Source: Candidatus Dormiibacterota bacterium (GTDB lineage Bacteria > Chloroflexota > Dormibacteria > Aeolococcales > Aeolococcaceae). From it: a DNA stretch of 64,000 nt. Under the pieces are notes generated by a model. The model was given only the letters and a program-made list of their open reading frames with translations. It had not been told where the DNA came from and did no database searches. Both the position numbers and the translations under genes were made by a program. The stretch spans positions 60,534 to 124,533 of the forward strand of contig CAVPXI010000008.1 of NCBI GenBank assembly GCA_963709585.1. Direction: 5' to 3'. Positions 32,139 to 42,444 of this stretch are shown here, piece by piece; positions within the stretch are counted from its first letter, which is position 1; every line of letters begins with the position of its first letter.

Positions 32139-32781
32139 TCAGACCGGCTGAGCCGCCTTGAGCCGCTGCGATGCGATCCAGCGGTCGAGCGGGTCACCGA
32201 GACTCGAAGGACGTGATCAGCGCATATCGCGGATTCGGTCCCGGGTTGTGCACGACGTGATACAGGCGCTCGGTATCGAGCACGAGTTGCCGGCGCGGAT
32301 GCAGCGGGATGCGCGTCTCCGTGGACGGATCATCGCGAACCTCGCGCAGGATGAACTCCGACCCCTCGGGAGCGTTGAGCTCGAGCCAGGCACGGACCAC
32401 CCAACCTTCGCCGTCGGGATTGAGACGGTTGTTGTCGTCCTGATGCAGCTGGCGCAGTGCATCGGTTTCCGACGATGGGTTCAGCTTGATCACCCGGACG
32501 CGCCCGTATCTCGCCCCCACCGCCTCGACGTACTTGCACAGGGTCGGCGCGATCTCGCGGTTCGACGTCCAGATCCCGTCCTTGTCCGGCTTGCCGTGGT
32601 CCCAGAAGCCGGCACACTCCATCTCACCCTTCGCCGACGCAAGCGGTGCGAAGTTGGTGTCGCCGCCCGATTTCCAGTCGACGTACTCGAGACGTTCCCA
32701 CTCCTCCGGGGGGATCGCCGGACCGTCGCCGAGGATTGCGTAGCCGTTCTCGGCAAGCACGTCGAGTTTGATGTGAGCCAT
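32139..32781 (-). CDS. conserved hypothetical protein, cupin/2OG-oxygenase-like (frameshift near 32200)
   Basis: LHQDDNN and YHVVHN metal-binding-like residues. Confidence 0.6.
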
Positions 32782-32869
32782 GGAACTACCTCTCGATGTC
32801 TGGACGCACCGCAACCAACGCCGGATCAGCCGCTAGGCTACAGCACCGCCCACGCCGGTAAGCTCATGC

Positions 32870-33655
32870 GTGGTGACAGACGATCTCGCGCTCGCGATCG
32901 AGCTCGCGGACGTCGCTGACGGCATCTCGATGGAGCGATTCCGGGCTCACGACCTCAAGATCGACTCGAAGCCCGACCTCTCGCCGGTGACCGAGGCCGA
33001 TCGGGCGATCGAGACCTACGCTCGCGAGCGGATCGGTGCGGAGCGCCCGAACCACGCGATCATCGGCGAGGAGTTCGGCGTGGTCGGCGATCGGGGCGCC
33101 ACCTGGCGCTGGGTGATCGACCCGATCGACGGCACCCGGAGCTTCGTCCGCGGCAACGAGACCTGGGCGACGTTGATAGCCCTCCAGCGCGACGGGGAAT
33201 CAGTGGTTGGGGTGGCGTCCGCGCCGGCGATGCGGCTGCGTTTCCACGCCACCCTCGGCGGGGGCGCATTTCTCAACGGACGCCGGATCCACGTGTCGAA
33301 GATCACGGAGATCTCCGAAGCGCTGATCACCCACACCGCGATCCGGGGCTTCGTGATCACCAAGCAGGCCGAGAGGCTCGTTGCCCTTGCCGGCCGTTGC
33401 TGGGACGCGCGCGGTGTGGGCAACTCGATGTCGCACCTCGCCGTGGCTCGGGGCACCGCGGACATCGGCTGGACATCCCGGGCGAACCTGTGGGATTACG
33501 CGGCGCTCAAGCTCGTCGTCACCGAGGCCGGCGGTCGCTTCACCGATCGCAGCGCCGACGATCCCGTGCTTGGCGGCACCGGCATCTCGTCGAACGGACT
33601 GCTCCACGACCTGGTGCTCGAAGCTGCCGGGTACCCGGCCGAGGAGGCGCGATGA
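32870..33655 (+). CDS. hisN: histidinol-phosphatase, inositol monophosphatase family
   Basis: KPDLSPVTEADR, GEEFG, WVIDPIDGT, WDYAA. Confidence 0.8.
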   Translation: MVTDDLALAIELADVADGISMERFRAHDLKIDSKPDLSPVTEADRAIETYARERIGAERPNHAIIGEEFGVVGDRGATWRWVIDPIDGTRSFVRGNETWATLIALQRDGESVVGVASAPAMRLRFHATLGGGAFLNGRRIHVSKITEISEALITHTAIRGFVITKQAERLVALAGRCWDARGVGNSMSHLAVARGTADIGWTSRANLWDYAALKLVVTEAGGRFTDRSADDPVLGGTGISSNGLLHDLVLEAAGYPAEEAR

Positions 33656-33657
33656 AG

Positions 33658-35637
33658 CTAGAGGTGGATGCCTCGCATCAGCATCCCGAGTGCGTAGGCC
33701 TCGGGAGTCACGGGTTCATCGCTGCGCTCGCCCTCCGCATCCGGTTGTGAGGAGCTGTCCGGCATCATCTGGAAAGCGCCGGCCATGATCAGCTGATGGA
33801 CGTTGGGCGCGATCGCGTGGACGAGCTCACCGAACTTCCCGACACGCGTGGACACCTCGTGCGGCCGCTTGATGAGCGCTTCGATGACCATGTCGGCCGC
33901 CTCGTCGGAGCTGATCGTCGGGAAGTTCTTGTACATCCCGGTGGGCTCGATCATCGGCGTGCGCACCAGTGGCATGTGGATGGTGGTGACTGCGATGCCG
34001 TCGGCCGCCACCTCGGGCGCGAAGCAGCGTGAGAACCCGTCCAACGCATTCTTGCTCGCGACGTACGCGGCAAATCGTGGTGGGTACGCCTGCCCGCCGA
34101 TCGACGTGATGTTGATGATGTGCCCATCCCGCCGCTCGCGCATCCCCGTGATCACCGCCATGATGAGCGCGATCGCCCCGAAGTAATTCAGCTTCATGGT
34201 GCGCTCGAAATCGTGGAAGCGGTCCAGCGAGTCGAGCACCGATCGCCGGATCGACCGTCCGGCGTTGTTGATCAGGACGTCGACGCGGCCGTGGTCGGCG
34301 ATCACCCGCTCGATGAGGAGCGTGCACGCGTGGTGGTCACTGAGGTCGGTGGGATACGCGTACGCCGTGCCGCCCGCGCTCCCGACCTCGGCGCGCATCT
34401 CCTCGAGCTGTTCGACGCGCCGCGCGACCCCGATGATCGTCGCTCCTGAGACCGCCAAGTGTTTGCACACCGCTCGCCCGATCCCACTCGAGGCGCCCGT
34501 GATCACCACGACGCGGCCGCCGACCACCCGGCGCACGTTGGCGTGACTCGGCAGTTGCGGGTCGAGGTGTCGCTCCCAGTAGTCCCACACCTTCCAGGCG
34601 TACTCGTGGAGCGGCGGACAGGAGACCCCGCTGCCGGCCAGTGCCGTCTGCGCGCCGGTCGCGTCGAAGGTCGCCGGATAGTCCATGTACGTGAACGCCG
34701 CCTCGGGAATACCGAGGCGCGACAATGCCTGCTCGCGCATTCGCTTGACCGCGGGCAGCGAACCCACAGCCGCGAATCCGCCGGGAATCATCCGCGCCAT
34801 GCGCCGGTCGATGCGAAGTGCGAACTCCGGTGCGTGCGCGGCTCTGCAGAAGGTGTTGAGCGTGTCACCGAGCGACATCGGCGCGGGGTCGACGATGTGG
34901 AACGCGCGACCGTCGAGACCCTCGAGATGCGCGATGTGGTCGATCGCCTTGGCGACGAAGTCGACCGGAACGACGTTGAACGGTCCGCCCTCGGGGCCGA
35001 TGAACGGCACCCACTGGGGAAACGCGTCGCGCATCTGCTGGATGAGCTTGAACGCGTAGTACGGGCCGTCGACGCGATCCGCCTCGCCGGTGTCGGACGA
35101 ACCGATGACCATGCCGGGGCGATACACCCGCCAGGGGACGGTCGCCTCGGTGCGCACGATCCGTTCCGACTCGTGCTTGGTCTTGTAATAAGGATGGTCG
35201 AGCGCCTGACCCTCGTCGAACATCGCCTCGGTGAAGGAGCCTTTGAACCGTCCCGCGACGGCGATCGAGCTGACCAGGTGCAGGCAGCCCGCGCCCACCT
35301 GGTTGGCGAGACCGACGACGTTGCGCGTGCCGGTGACGTTGGCACGCTCGGTCTCGTCGGCCGGCGCGGTCAGGTCGTAGACGGCGGCGAGATGAAACAC
35401 GTGAGCCCCGCGGAGCTGCTCGCGATCGTCCACGGAAAGCCCAAGCCCCGGCTCGACCAGTTCGCCGCTCAGCGCGTGGAGTCGCTTGCCCCCGGGATCG
35501 AGGCGCTCACGCTGCGCGGCGAAGCGGGCACGCGAGCCATGGCGGACGAGCACGAAGACGTTGTCGCCTCGCGCGAGCAGCAGCGGCACCAGGTGGCGGC
35601 CGATGAATCCGGTCGCCCCGGTGATGAAGTAGGTCAC
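33658..35637 (-). CDS. two-domain fatty acyl-CoA reductase (extended SDR + classical SDR)
   Basis: TGATGFIG, YYKTK; TGASSGIG, NNAGRSIRR, YVASK, MPLVRTPMI. Confidence 0.88.
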   Translation of the reverse strand: MTYFITGATGFIGRHLVPLLLARGDNVFVLVRHGSRARFAAQRERLDPGGKRLHALSGELVEPGLGLSVDDREQLRGAHVFHLAAVYDLTAPADETERANVTGTRNVVGLANQVGAGCLHLVSSIAVAGRFKGSFTEAMFDEGQALDHPYYKTKHESERIVRTEATVPWRVYRPGMVIGSSDTGEADRVDGPYYAFKLIQQMRDAFPQWVPFIGPEGGPFNVVPVDFVAKAIDHIAHLEGLDGRAFHIVDPAPMSLGDTLNTFCRAAHAPEFALRIDRRMARMIPGGFAAVGSLPAVKRMREQALSRLGIPEAAFTYMDYPATFDATGAQTALAGSGVSCPPLHEYAWKVWDYWERHLDPQLPSHANVRRVVGGRVVVITGASSGIGRAVCKHLAVSGATIIGVARRVEQLEEMRAEVGSAGGTAYAYPTDLSDHHACTLLIERVIADHGRVDVLINNAGRSIRRSVLDSLDRFHDFERTMKLNYFGAIALIMAVITGMRERRDGHIINITSIGGQAYPPRFAAYVASKNALDGFSRCFAPEVAADGIAVTTIHMPLVRTPMIEPTGMYKNFPTISSDEAADMVIEALIKRPHEVSTRVGKFGELVHAIAPNVHQLIMAGAFQMMPDSSSQPDAEGERSDEPVTPEAYALGMLMRGIHL

Positions 35638-35677
35638 TCGGCCGACAATAGCTTTTTAGGACAATCGGAGACAGAAC

Positions 35678-36844
35678 ATGCCTGAGCCAGTCGTCGTCGC
35701 CCTCGCCAGGTCCCCCATCGGACGCGCGATGAAGGGCTCGCTTGTCAACATCCGGCCGGACGACCTTGCCGCGAGCGTGGTCAACCAGGTCCTCGACCGG
35801 CTACCGCAGCTCGATCGCGCCACCATCGAAGACCTCATCTGTGGCTGCGGGCTCCCCGGCGGCGAGCAGGGCTTCAACCTCGGGCGGGTGATCAGCATCC
35901 TCACCCGGGTCAACGCGCCCGGAACCACGGTGACCCGCTACTGCGCGTCATCGCTTCAGACCACGCGAATGGCGGCGCACGCGATCCGCGCCGGCGAGGG
36001 CGATGTCTTCCTCAGTGTCGGCGTCGAGTGCGTGTCGCGCTTCGTGAACGGCTCGAGCGACATGTCCCAGTGCCAGAACGAACGCCTCCAACCCGGCAAT
36101 CCGGAGGGGTATCCGGACATCTACATCGCGATGGGACAGACTGCCGAGAACGTCGCCGCTCGCGAGGAGATCTCCCGCGAGGAGATGGATCGATTCGCGC
36201 TCCGCAGCCAGCAGCGCGCGGTCGCGGCCCAGGATGACGGCTTCTTCGATCGAGAGATCGTGCCGGTGACGCTGCCGGACGGCGGCGGGACGGTCACCAG
36301 GGACGACGGACCCCGCCGCGACACGACCCTCGAGAAACTCGCCCAGCTCAAACCGGTCTTTCGAGAGCACGGGACCGTCACCGCGGGCAACGCGTGTCCG
36401 CTCAACGACGGTGCCGCCGCGGCGGTGATCATGTCGGACACCCGGGCGCGGGAGCTCGGGATCACGCCGCTCGCCCGGATCGTCTCGACCGGGCTCACGT
36501 CACTCGAGCCGGAATTCATGGGGCTCGGGCCCATCGAGGCGTCGCGGCAGGCACTCGAGCGCGCCGGCATGACCATCGACGACGTCCAGGTGGTGGAGAT
36601 CAACGAGGCGTTCGCTGCGCAGGTGATCCCGTCCGCGCGCGGCATCGGGCTCGACGAGTTCGACGATCGCCTCAACCCGCACGGTGGCGCGATCGCGCTC
36701 GGTCACCCGTTCGGAATGACCGGCGCCAGGATTCTCTGCACGTTGCTCAACGACCTGCGCACGGCAGACGCGACGATCGGCCTCGAGACCATGTGCGTGG
36801 GCGGCGGCCAGGGGATGGCGATGATCGTCGAGCGCCTCAACTGA
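35678..36844 (+). CDS. acetyl-CoA C-acyltransferase (thiolase)
   Basis: CASS, NEAF, GHPFG, CVGGGQG. Confidence 0.95.
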   Translation: MPEPVVVALARSPIGRAMKGSLVNIRPDDLAASVVNQVLDRLPQLDRATIEDLICGCGLPGGEQGFNLGRVISILTRVNAPGTTVTRYCASSLQTTRMAAHAIRAGEGDVFLSVGVECVSRFVNGSSDMSQCQNERLQPGNPEGYPDIYIAMGQTAENVAAREEISREEMDRFALRSQQRAVAAQDDGFFDREIVPVTLPDGGGTVTRDDGPRRDTTLEKLAQLKPVFREHGTVTAGNACPLNDGAAAAVIMSDTRARELGITPLARIVSTGLTSLEPEFMGLGPIEASRQALERAGMTIDDVQVVEINEAFAAQVIPSARGIGLDEFDDRLNPHGGAIALGHPFGMTGARILCTLLNDLRTADATIGLETMCVGGGQGMAMIVERLN

Positions 36845-36853
36845 GGCGCCGTC

Positions 36854-38107
36854 TTAGAGAGCCAGGCGCGTTCGGCGGAGCGGCGTGCCGGGCAGCACCA
36901 CCTCGATCTCATCGGTGACCGACGCGCTGACCGACCGCCGCCGCGGCGGGCGGCTGGCCAGGATGATCGCCGCCAGCGCCTCGACGGCTCCGTCGGCTGC
37001 GCGCCGCTCCAGGATGAGCGGGGCGAGGATGCGAACGCTGCCGGTCCCGCCGGGCAACGCGAGAATCCCCCGCTGCTCGAGGCGGCGCAGGAGCACAGCG
37101 GCGCTCAGGGTCGTCTCGACCGCCACCATGGCCCCGCAGCCACGAACCTCCCGGATCTCACCGAGACGCAGCGCGCGAAGGCGACCGATCAGCCGCTCGG
37201 ACGAGAGTTCGGCGAGCGCGCGAAGGGTCGGGCCGAGTGCCGTCCGGATGGTTGCATTGGCGGCCGCGCAGACCAGTGGTGGGCAAGCCTCCTCGTGTTC
37301 ATGCCGCACGATGCGGGCGCGTCGCGAGATCGAAGGGCCGACGGCGGTCACCCCGAACGGCAGGCCGTTGGCGAGCGACGTACCGAGGCAGATGATGTCC
37401 GGTCTCACGCTCTGAGCAGCCGACGCGAGGGTTGGGCCCATGCGCAGCGCGGTCCTGACCTCGTCGACGACGAGGAGTGCCCCCGTCCTCCGGCACAGCT
37501 CCGCAACCGACGCGAGATAGCCTTCGGCCGGCACCCGGACGCCGGCCCCGACCTGCACAGGCTCGACGAGGACGGCCGCGACGCGTTCGTCGAGTTGGGC
37601 ACTGAGGGCGTCGAGATCGTCGAACGGGACGCGCACCACCTCGAGGCTCCGCCCGGCAATCTCGCTGAGTCTCCGGCCGCCACTGGCGCTCCGTCCCCCG
37701 ATGCCCGAGCCGTGGTCGGAGCGCTGCATCGCGATCAACCGGGGCCGGGGCGATGCCGCTGCGACCCAGGTGATCGCGAGGTCGATCGCGGCCGAGCCCG
37801 ACGTGGTGAAGCTCACATGTGTGAGCGAGACGGGGATGATGAAGCTGAGCGCCTCGAGCAATTCCTCACGCAGGTCATAGCCGAACCCGGGGGGAACGCC
37901 GCTGAAGGCCGCCAGCTGGCTCGCGATCGCCTCGCTGACCCGCGGGTGGTTGTGTCCGAGCAGCGCGGTTCCACCGCTCGAGGTGAGGTCCAGGTATTGG
38001 CGCTCCTCGTCATCCCACACGTACGCCCCGTCACCGCGCACGAGACGCAGGTCGCGCGACGTGCGGGTCAACTCGTTGAGCCACCTGTCTGGAAGCACCG
38101 CGGTCAC
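36854..38107 (-). CDS. class-III aminotransferase homolog (ArgD/LysJ-like) with degenerate PLP site
   Basis: GDGAYVWD, LGHNHP, EPVQ, DEV; LGTSLANG where LGKxLxxG is expected. Confidence 0.75.
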   Translation of the reverse strand: MTAVLPDRWLNELTRTSRDLRLVRGDGAYVWDDEERQYLDLTSSGGTALLGHNHPRVSEAIASQLAAFSGVPPGFGYDLREELLEALSFIIPVSLTHVSFTTSGSAAIDLAITWVAAASPRPRLIAMQRSDHGSGIGGRSASGGRRLSEIAGRSLEVVRVPFDDLDALSAQLDERVAAVLVEPVQVGAGVRVPAEGYLASVAELCRRTGALLVVDEVRTALRMGPTLASAAQSVRPDIICLGTSLANGLPFGVTAVGPSISRRARIVRHEHEEACPPLVCAAANATIRTALGPTLRALAELSSERLIGRLRALRLGEIREVRGCGAMVAVETTLSAAVLLRRLEQRGILALPGGTGSVRILAPLILERRAADGAVEALAAIILASRPPRRRSVSASVTDEIEVVLPGTPLRRTRLAL

Positions 38108-38317
38108 CTTTGAACCTCCGCTATGTGCGCTAGCGTACGTCCGGCATGCCCGCAGTGCCTCATCGCTCGACTGCTTTACATCGCCTTGCCTCGCGCAGTA
38201 CTCTCCGTTTGACCCGCCAGCGCCGTGCGACGCGTTCGTGAGGGTCAGGGGTGGAGGGCACTTTCTTCGGGGGCCGGCGTTCGGGGGAGCGCCGGCCTCA
38301 TTTCGTATCCGCGGCCC

Positions 38318-39148
38318 TTACGCTCCGACCTCGATCGGCCGGTTCGGGTCGGTGATCCACTCGCTCCACGACCCGGCATAGAGCGCGGCGTCAATGCCGG
38401 CGAGCCCGAGCGCGAAGACTCCCTCGGTGGCCACCACTCCGGAGCCGCAGTAGACGGCCACTGCCTGGCCGGGCAGGATCCCCGCCTCGGCGTAGCGCGC
38501 GCGCTGCGCGACCGGCGAGAGGAAGGTGCCGTCCGGGTTCTCGGTTCGCTGCGCTGGAATATTCCGCGCGCCGGGAATATGGCCGGCCACGGCGTCGACG
38601 GGCTCGGTCTCGCCGCGAAATCGCTCTGGAGCCCGAGCGTCGACGAGCGCCCCGACACGGGCAATCGTGGCGGCGCCCGCCGCGTCGAGCAGCGGCATGC
38701 CCCCCGGCTCGGCCTCGAAGTCGCCGGCGGCGGGATCGCGATCACCGCCCTCCTCCACCGGGAGACCTGCCGCCATCCACGCTGCGAAGCCACCGTCGAG
38801 GAGCGCCACGTTGGGATGTCCGAAATATCGAAGCAACCACCACGCTCGCGCCGCTGAGGTCGACGTGGCCGCGTCGTAGGCGACGACCAGGCGTGAACGG
38901 CGCACCCCGTGGCGGCGCATCGCCTCGGCGAAAGACGCCGCGTCGGGCACGGGGTGCCGCCCCGGACCCGGCGGCGCGCTCAGCTCACGATCGAGATCGA
39001 CGAAGTGCGCTCCCGGAATGTGACCCCTTCGGAAGTCGGTCATCCCCGGCGGCCCGCCAAGCGTCCAGCGCACATCGAGCACGATCGGTGGATCGTTTGT
39101 CGCAAGTCGTGCGGCGAGTTCGTGACAATCGAGCAGGAGCGATACCAT
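38318..39148 (-). CDS. sulfurtransferase (SseA-like tandem rhodanese)
   Basis: GHIPGA x2, YCGSG, YAGSWSEW. Confidence 0.92.
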   Translation of the reverse strand: MVSLLLDCHELAARLATNDPPIVLDVRWTLGGPPGMTDFRRGHIPGAHFVDLDRELSAPPGPGRHPVPDAASFAEAMRRHGVRRSRLVVAYDAATSTSAARAWWLLRYFGHPNVALLDGGFAAWMAAGLPVEEGGDRDPAAGDFEAEPGGMPLLDAAGAATIARVGALVDARAPERFRGETEPVDAVAGHIPGARNIPAQRTENPDGTFLSPVAQRARYAEAGILPGQAVAVYCGSGVVATEGVFALGLAGIDAALYAGSWSEWITDPNRPIEVGA

Positions 39149-39267
39149 TCGATCAGGATCCCCCAATGACCCCAGCCGGCGAAACCTCAGAGAAGGAGGC
39201 CGCGTTATCTCTGCGATCGCGCGGTTCGAACGCGCCCTTAAAGCGAACAATGGTACGGTGAAGGTGC

Positions 39268-40554
39268 ATGGCTGACCAGACTTTGCGGAGCCGCGGAGGC
39301 CTCATGCTCGTCGTTGGCGTTGCTTTCGGCGGACTGCTGCTCACTTCGTGCGCGCTCCCTGGAACCTCAGCGCCGGTCGGCAACATCGGCACGGTGCACG
39401 TCGCGGGGGTGCCCGTCGTCGCCGCACCGCCGACGATCGTCGTGAGCCCATCCAATGCGACGCAAGGTGTCGGTCTCGACGCGCCGGTGGCCGTGTCGGT
39501 CGGCACCGGACACCTCGACACCGTCTCGCTGAGCGAAGCGGGTTCGTCGACCGCATTGCCCGGGGCGATGTCGCCGGACGGACGGTTCTGGCAGATGAGC
39601 CAGCCACTCGATCCGGGGGCACACTACACGGTGCTGGCCACGGCGACGAGCACCGCGGGTTCCACGTCCACATCGACATCGACGTTTGTGACGCTCACCG
39701 CCAAGAGCCGCCTGCTCACCGGCATGACACCGTACGACGGCGATGTCGTCGGTGTCGGTGAAACCATCGACCTGAGGTTCAACACCTCGATCCCCGCGGG
39801 TGTCCGGGCGGCGCTCCTCGAGCGCATCCAGGTCACGTCGAACCCGGCGGTCCTGGGTGGCTGGCACTGGTTGACGGCCGACGTCGTCCACTTCCGTCCC
39901 GCAACCTTCTGGCCGGCGGGGACCCGGGTCACGGTCACTGCCAACCTCAAAGGCTTCGACGCGGGCAACGGGATCTGGGGTCTGGGCAACTGGACGTCGA
40001 GTTTCAGCGTCGGCGCAAAGCATCTCTCGATCATCAACAACTCGACGCACACCATGCAGGTGTTCAACAACGACAAGTTGTTCGCTACCTGGCCCGTGAG
40101 CCTTGGCAAGGGCGGATTCGCGACCATCCAGGGCACCCTGATCGTTCTCTACAAGACCCCGGTCGTGGTCATGAAGTCCTGCCCGACGTTCCACACTCCG
40201 GCGGCGTGTATCCCGGGCGGCTCCCAGTACTACGACGACCCCGTCTACGACGACACCGCTATCTCGACGAGCGGGTACTTCATCCACGCCGCGCCATGGT
40301 CGGTAGGCTCGCAAGGACGTGCGGACGTGTCACACGGGTGCGTGAACCTGAGCACCGCGCGCGCCGTTGTGTACTACAACTTCAGCATTCCCGGCGATGT
40401 CGTCCAGGTCAAGAACACGGGGTACAACGCCTCGTACTCCGACGGCGAGGGTGACTGGCAACTGCCGTTCGCGGCGTTCTCCAACACCGCGGGTCTGGGT
40501 CCGGTGTGGACAGGCCCAGTCGGCATCTCCTCCCTGGCCGGCCAGGTCTCCTGA
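39268..40554 (+). CDS. L,D-transpeptidase lipoprotein with Ig-like domains
   Basis: Lipobox LTSC, HAAPWS..SHGCVN. Confidence 0.92.
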   Translation: MADQTLRSRGGLMLVVGVAFGGLLLTSCALPGTSAPVGNIGTVHVAGVPVVAAPPTIVVSPSNATQGVGLDAPVAVSVGTGHLDTVSLSEAGSSTALPGAMSPDGRFWQMSQPLDPGAHYTVLATATSTAGSTSTSTSTFVTLTAKSRLLTGMTPYDGDVVGVGETIDLRFNTSIPAGVRAALLERIQVTSNPAVLGGWHWLTADVVHFRPATFWPAGTRVTVTANLKGFDAGNGIWGLGNWTSSFSVGAKHLSIINNSTHTMQVFNNDKLFATWPVSLGKGGFATIQGTLIVLYKTPVVVMKSCPTFHTPAACIPGGSQYYDDPVYDDTAISTSGYFIHAAPWSVGSQGRADVSHGCVNLSTARAVVYYNFSIPGDVVQVKNTGYNASYSDGEGDWQLPFAAFSNTAGLGPVWTGPVGISSLAGQVS

Positions 40555-40586
40555 CCGCCGCTCCGGCTAACCACGGCTGCTGAGCA

Positions 40587-41576
40587 ATGCGCGCGGTCGT
40601 CGTTGCAGCCCCGGGTGGTCCTGAGCAACTGCACGTCGAGGAGCGCCGCGACCCGGAAGCCCGTGACGGTGAAGTCGTGGTTCGTGTCGCCGGAGCGGGC
40701 GTCAACCGTGCCGATCTGCTCCAACGCCAGGGCTTCTACCCACCCCCCGCCGGTGCGAGCGACATCCTCGGTCTCGAGGCGTCGGGCGTGGTGGCGAGCA
40801 TCGGTCCGAGTGTCACCGCGCTGACGCCAGGAGACCGCGTCATGCTCCTCGTCGAGGGCGGTGGCTACGCCGAGCTCGTGGCCGTCCGCGCGGCCCAGGT
40901 GGTGCGCGTTCCGGACAACATCGACCAGATCGATGCGGGTGGCATTCCCGAGGCGTTCATCACGGCTCACGACGCGCTGTTCACGCGAGGACGGTTGCAG
41001 GACGGCGAGACTGTGCTCATCCACGGCGGCGGTGGCGGCGTTGGTACCGCTGCGATTCAGCTCGGACGGCACCACGGGTGCCGTGTGCTGGTGACAGCAG
41101 GCAGTGCCGGGAAACTCGAGCGCTGCGTTGAGCTCGGGGCCGACGCGGGGATCAACTACCGGACGGAGGACTTTGTGGCGCGCACCAGGGAGCTGACCGG
41201 CGGCCTCGGGGCCGATGTTGTGCTCGACATCATGGGGGCGTCGTACCTGGACCGGAACCTCGATGCGGTCGCCACCGACGGGCGTATCGTCGTGATCGGC
41301 ATGCAGGGGGGCAACCAAACGGACATCGACCTCGGCCTGATGATGCGTCGCCGCATCTCGCTGATCTCCACCGCGCTGCGCGCTCGCCCCGCGACCCAGA
41401 AAGCTGCCATCGTCGCGGCGTTCGCCGCCGACGTCCTGACCCCGCTCGCCGACGGCCGGATGCGGCCGGTGGTTGATCGGGTGCTTCCCTTTGAGGAAGC
41501 CGGCGAGGCGCACCGGCTGATGGAAGCCGGCGAGGTCGTTGGAAAGATCGTCCTCGTCCCCTCGCCACGTGCCTGA
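40587..41576 (+). CDS. NAD(P)H-quinone oxidoreductase, PIG3 family
   Basis: GVNRADLLQR.G.YPPP, HGGGGGVG, GKIVL. Confidence 0.92.
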   Translation: MRAVVVAAPGGPEQLHVEERRDPEARDGEVVVRVAGAGVNRADLLQRQGFYPPPAGASDILGLEASGVVASIGPSVTALTPGDRVMLLVEGGGYAELVAVRAAQVVRVPDNIDQIDAGGIPEAFITAHDALFTRGRLQDGETVLIHGGGGGVGTAAIQLGRHHGCRVLVTAGSAGKLERCVELGADAGINYRTEDFVARTRELTGGLGADVVLDIMGASYLDRNLDAVATDGRIVVIGMQGGNQTDIDLGLMMRRRISLISTALRARPATQKAAIVAAFAADVLTPLADGRMRPVVDRVLPFEEAGEAHRLMEAGEVVGKIVLVPSPRA

Positions 41577-42444
41577 CACCGACGTCTGGGCCACCTGGCT
41601 CCGAACCGGCCGCGACGGCGGCAGTGCCGCGATGCGCGTGGAGAATCTCAGGCGCCTGGCGGAGGTGCGCGACCACATCCTCGAACGCGCAGCGATACGG
41701 CCCGGCGACACGGTGCTCGACGTCGGCACCGGCCAGGGCTTGCTTGGCCTTGAAGCGCTGCAGCGCAGCGCACCGGATGGGCGCGTCATCTTCTCGGACA
41801 TCTCGGGACCGCTCCTCGACGACTGCCGCAGCGCGGTGGCGCAGGCCTCGGCAATGGAGCGATCGAGCTTCGTGCGCGCGTCTGCGACCGACCTGGCCGC
41901 CATCGCGACCGCTACTGTCGATGTTCTCGTGGAGCGCGCCGTGCTCCTGTTCATCGAGGATCGAGCGGGCGCCTTCTCCGAGTACCGCCGAGTGCTTCGG
42001 CCAGGAGGTCGCGTCTCGCTCGGCGAGCCACTCAACAGCTGGATGGGCCGCGACCGCCCGGGCTATCTCTGGGGCTACGACGTGACCGCCGCCACTGACC
42101 TGGAGCGAAAGCTGCACGAAGCGGATCGAGCGGAAGGATCGACGGACGACGACCTCCTCTGCGGATTCGACGATCGCGACCTCATGGCGATGGCGCGTAC
42201 CGCCGGGTTTGAGCGTGTCGAGACGCACACCGAGCTCGCGCTCGCCCCACCGCCGGCTCGCGACGACTTGGATGTCTTTCTTGACACCGCGCCGAACCCG
42301 CTCGCGCCGACGACTCGCGCGCTCATGGCCGCGGCCCTGACTGCCGGCGAGGCGGAGCGATTCACGGCAGTCCTTCGCGACGCGCTCCACCAGGGCCGAG
42401 GCGAGCGCCGTCACGCGATGACCTACCTGCGCGCCTGGCGGTGA
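41569..42444 (+). CDS. class I SAM-dependent methyltransferase
   Basis: VLDVGTGQG, RVLRPGG. Confidence 0.85.
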   Translation: MPDTDVWATWLRTGRDGGSAAMRVENLRRLAEVRDHILERAAIRPGDTVLDVGTGQGLLGLEALQRSAPDGRVIFSDISGPLLDDCRSAVAQASAMERSSFVRASATDLAAIATATVDVLVERAVLLFIEDRAGAFSEYRRVLRPGGRVSLGEPLNSWMGRDRPGYLWGYDVTAATDLERKLHEADRAEGSTDDDLLCGFDDRDLMAMARTAGFERVETHTELALAPPPARDDLDVFLDTAPNPLAPTTRALMAAALTAGEAERFTAVLRDALHQGRGERRHAMTYLRAWR

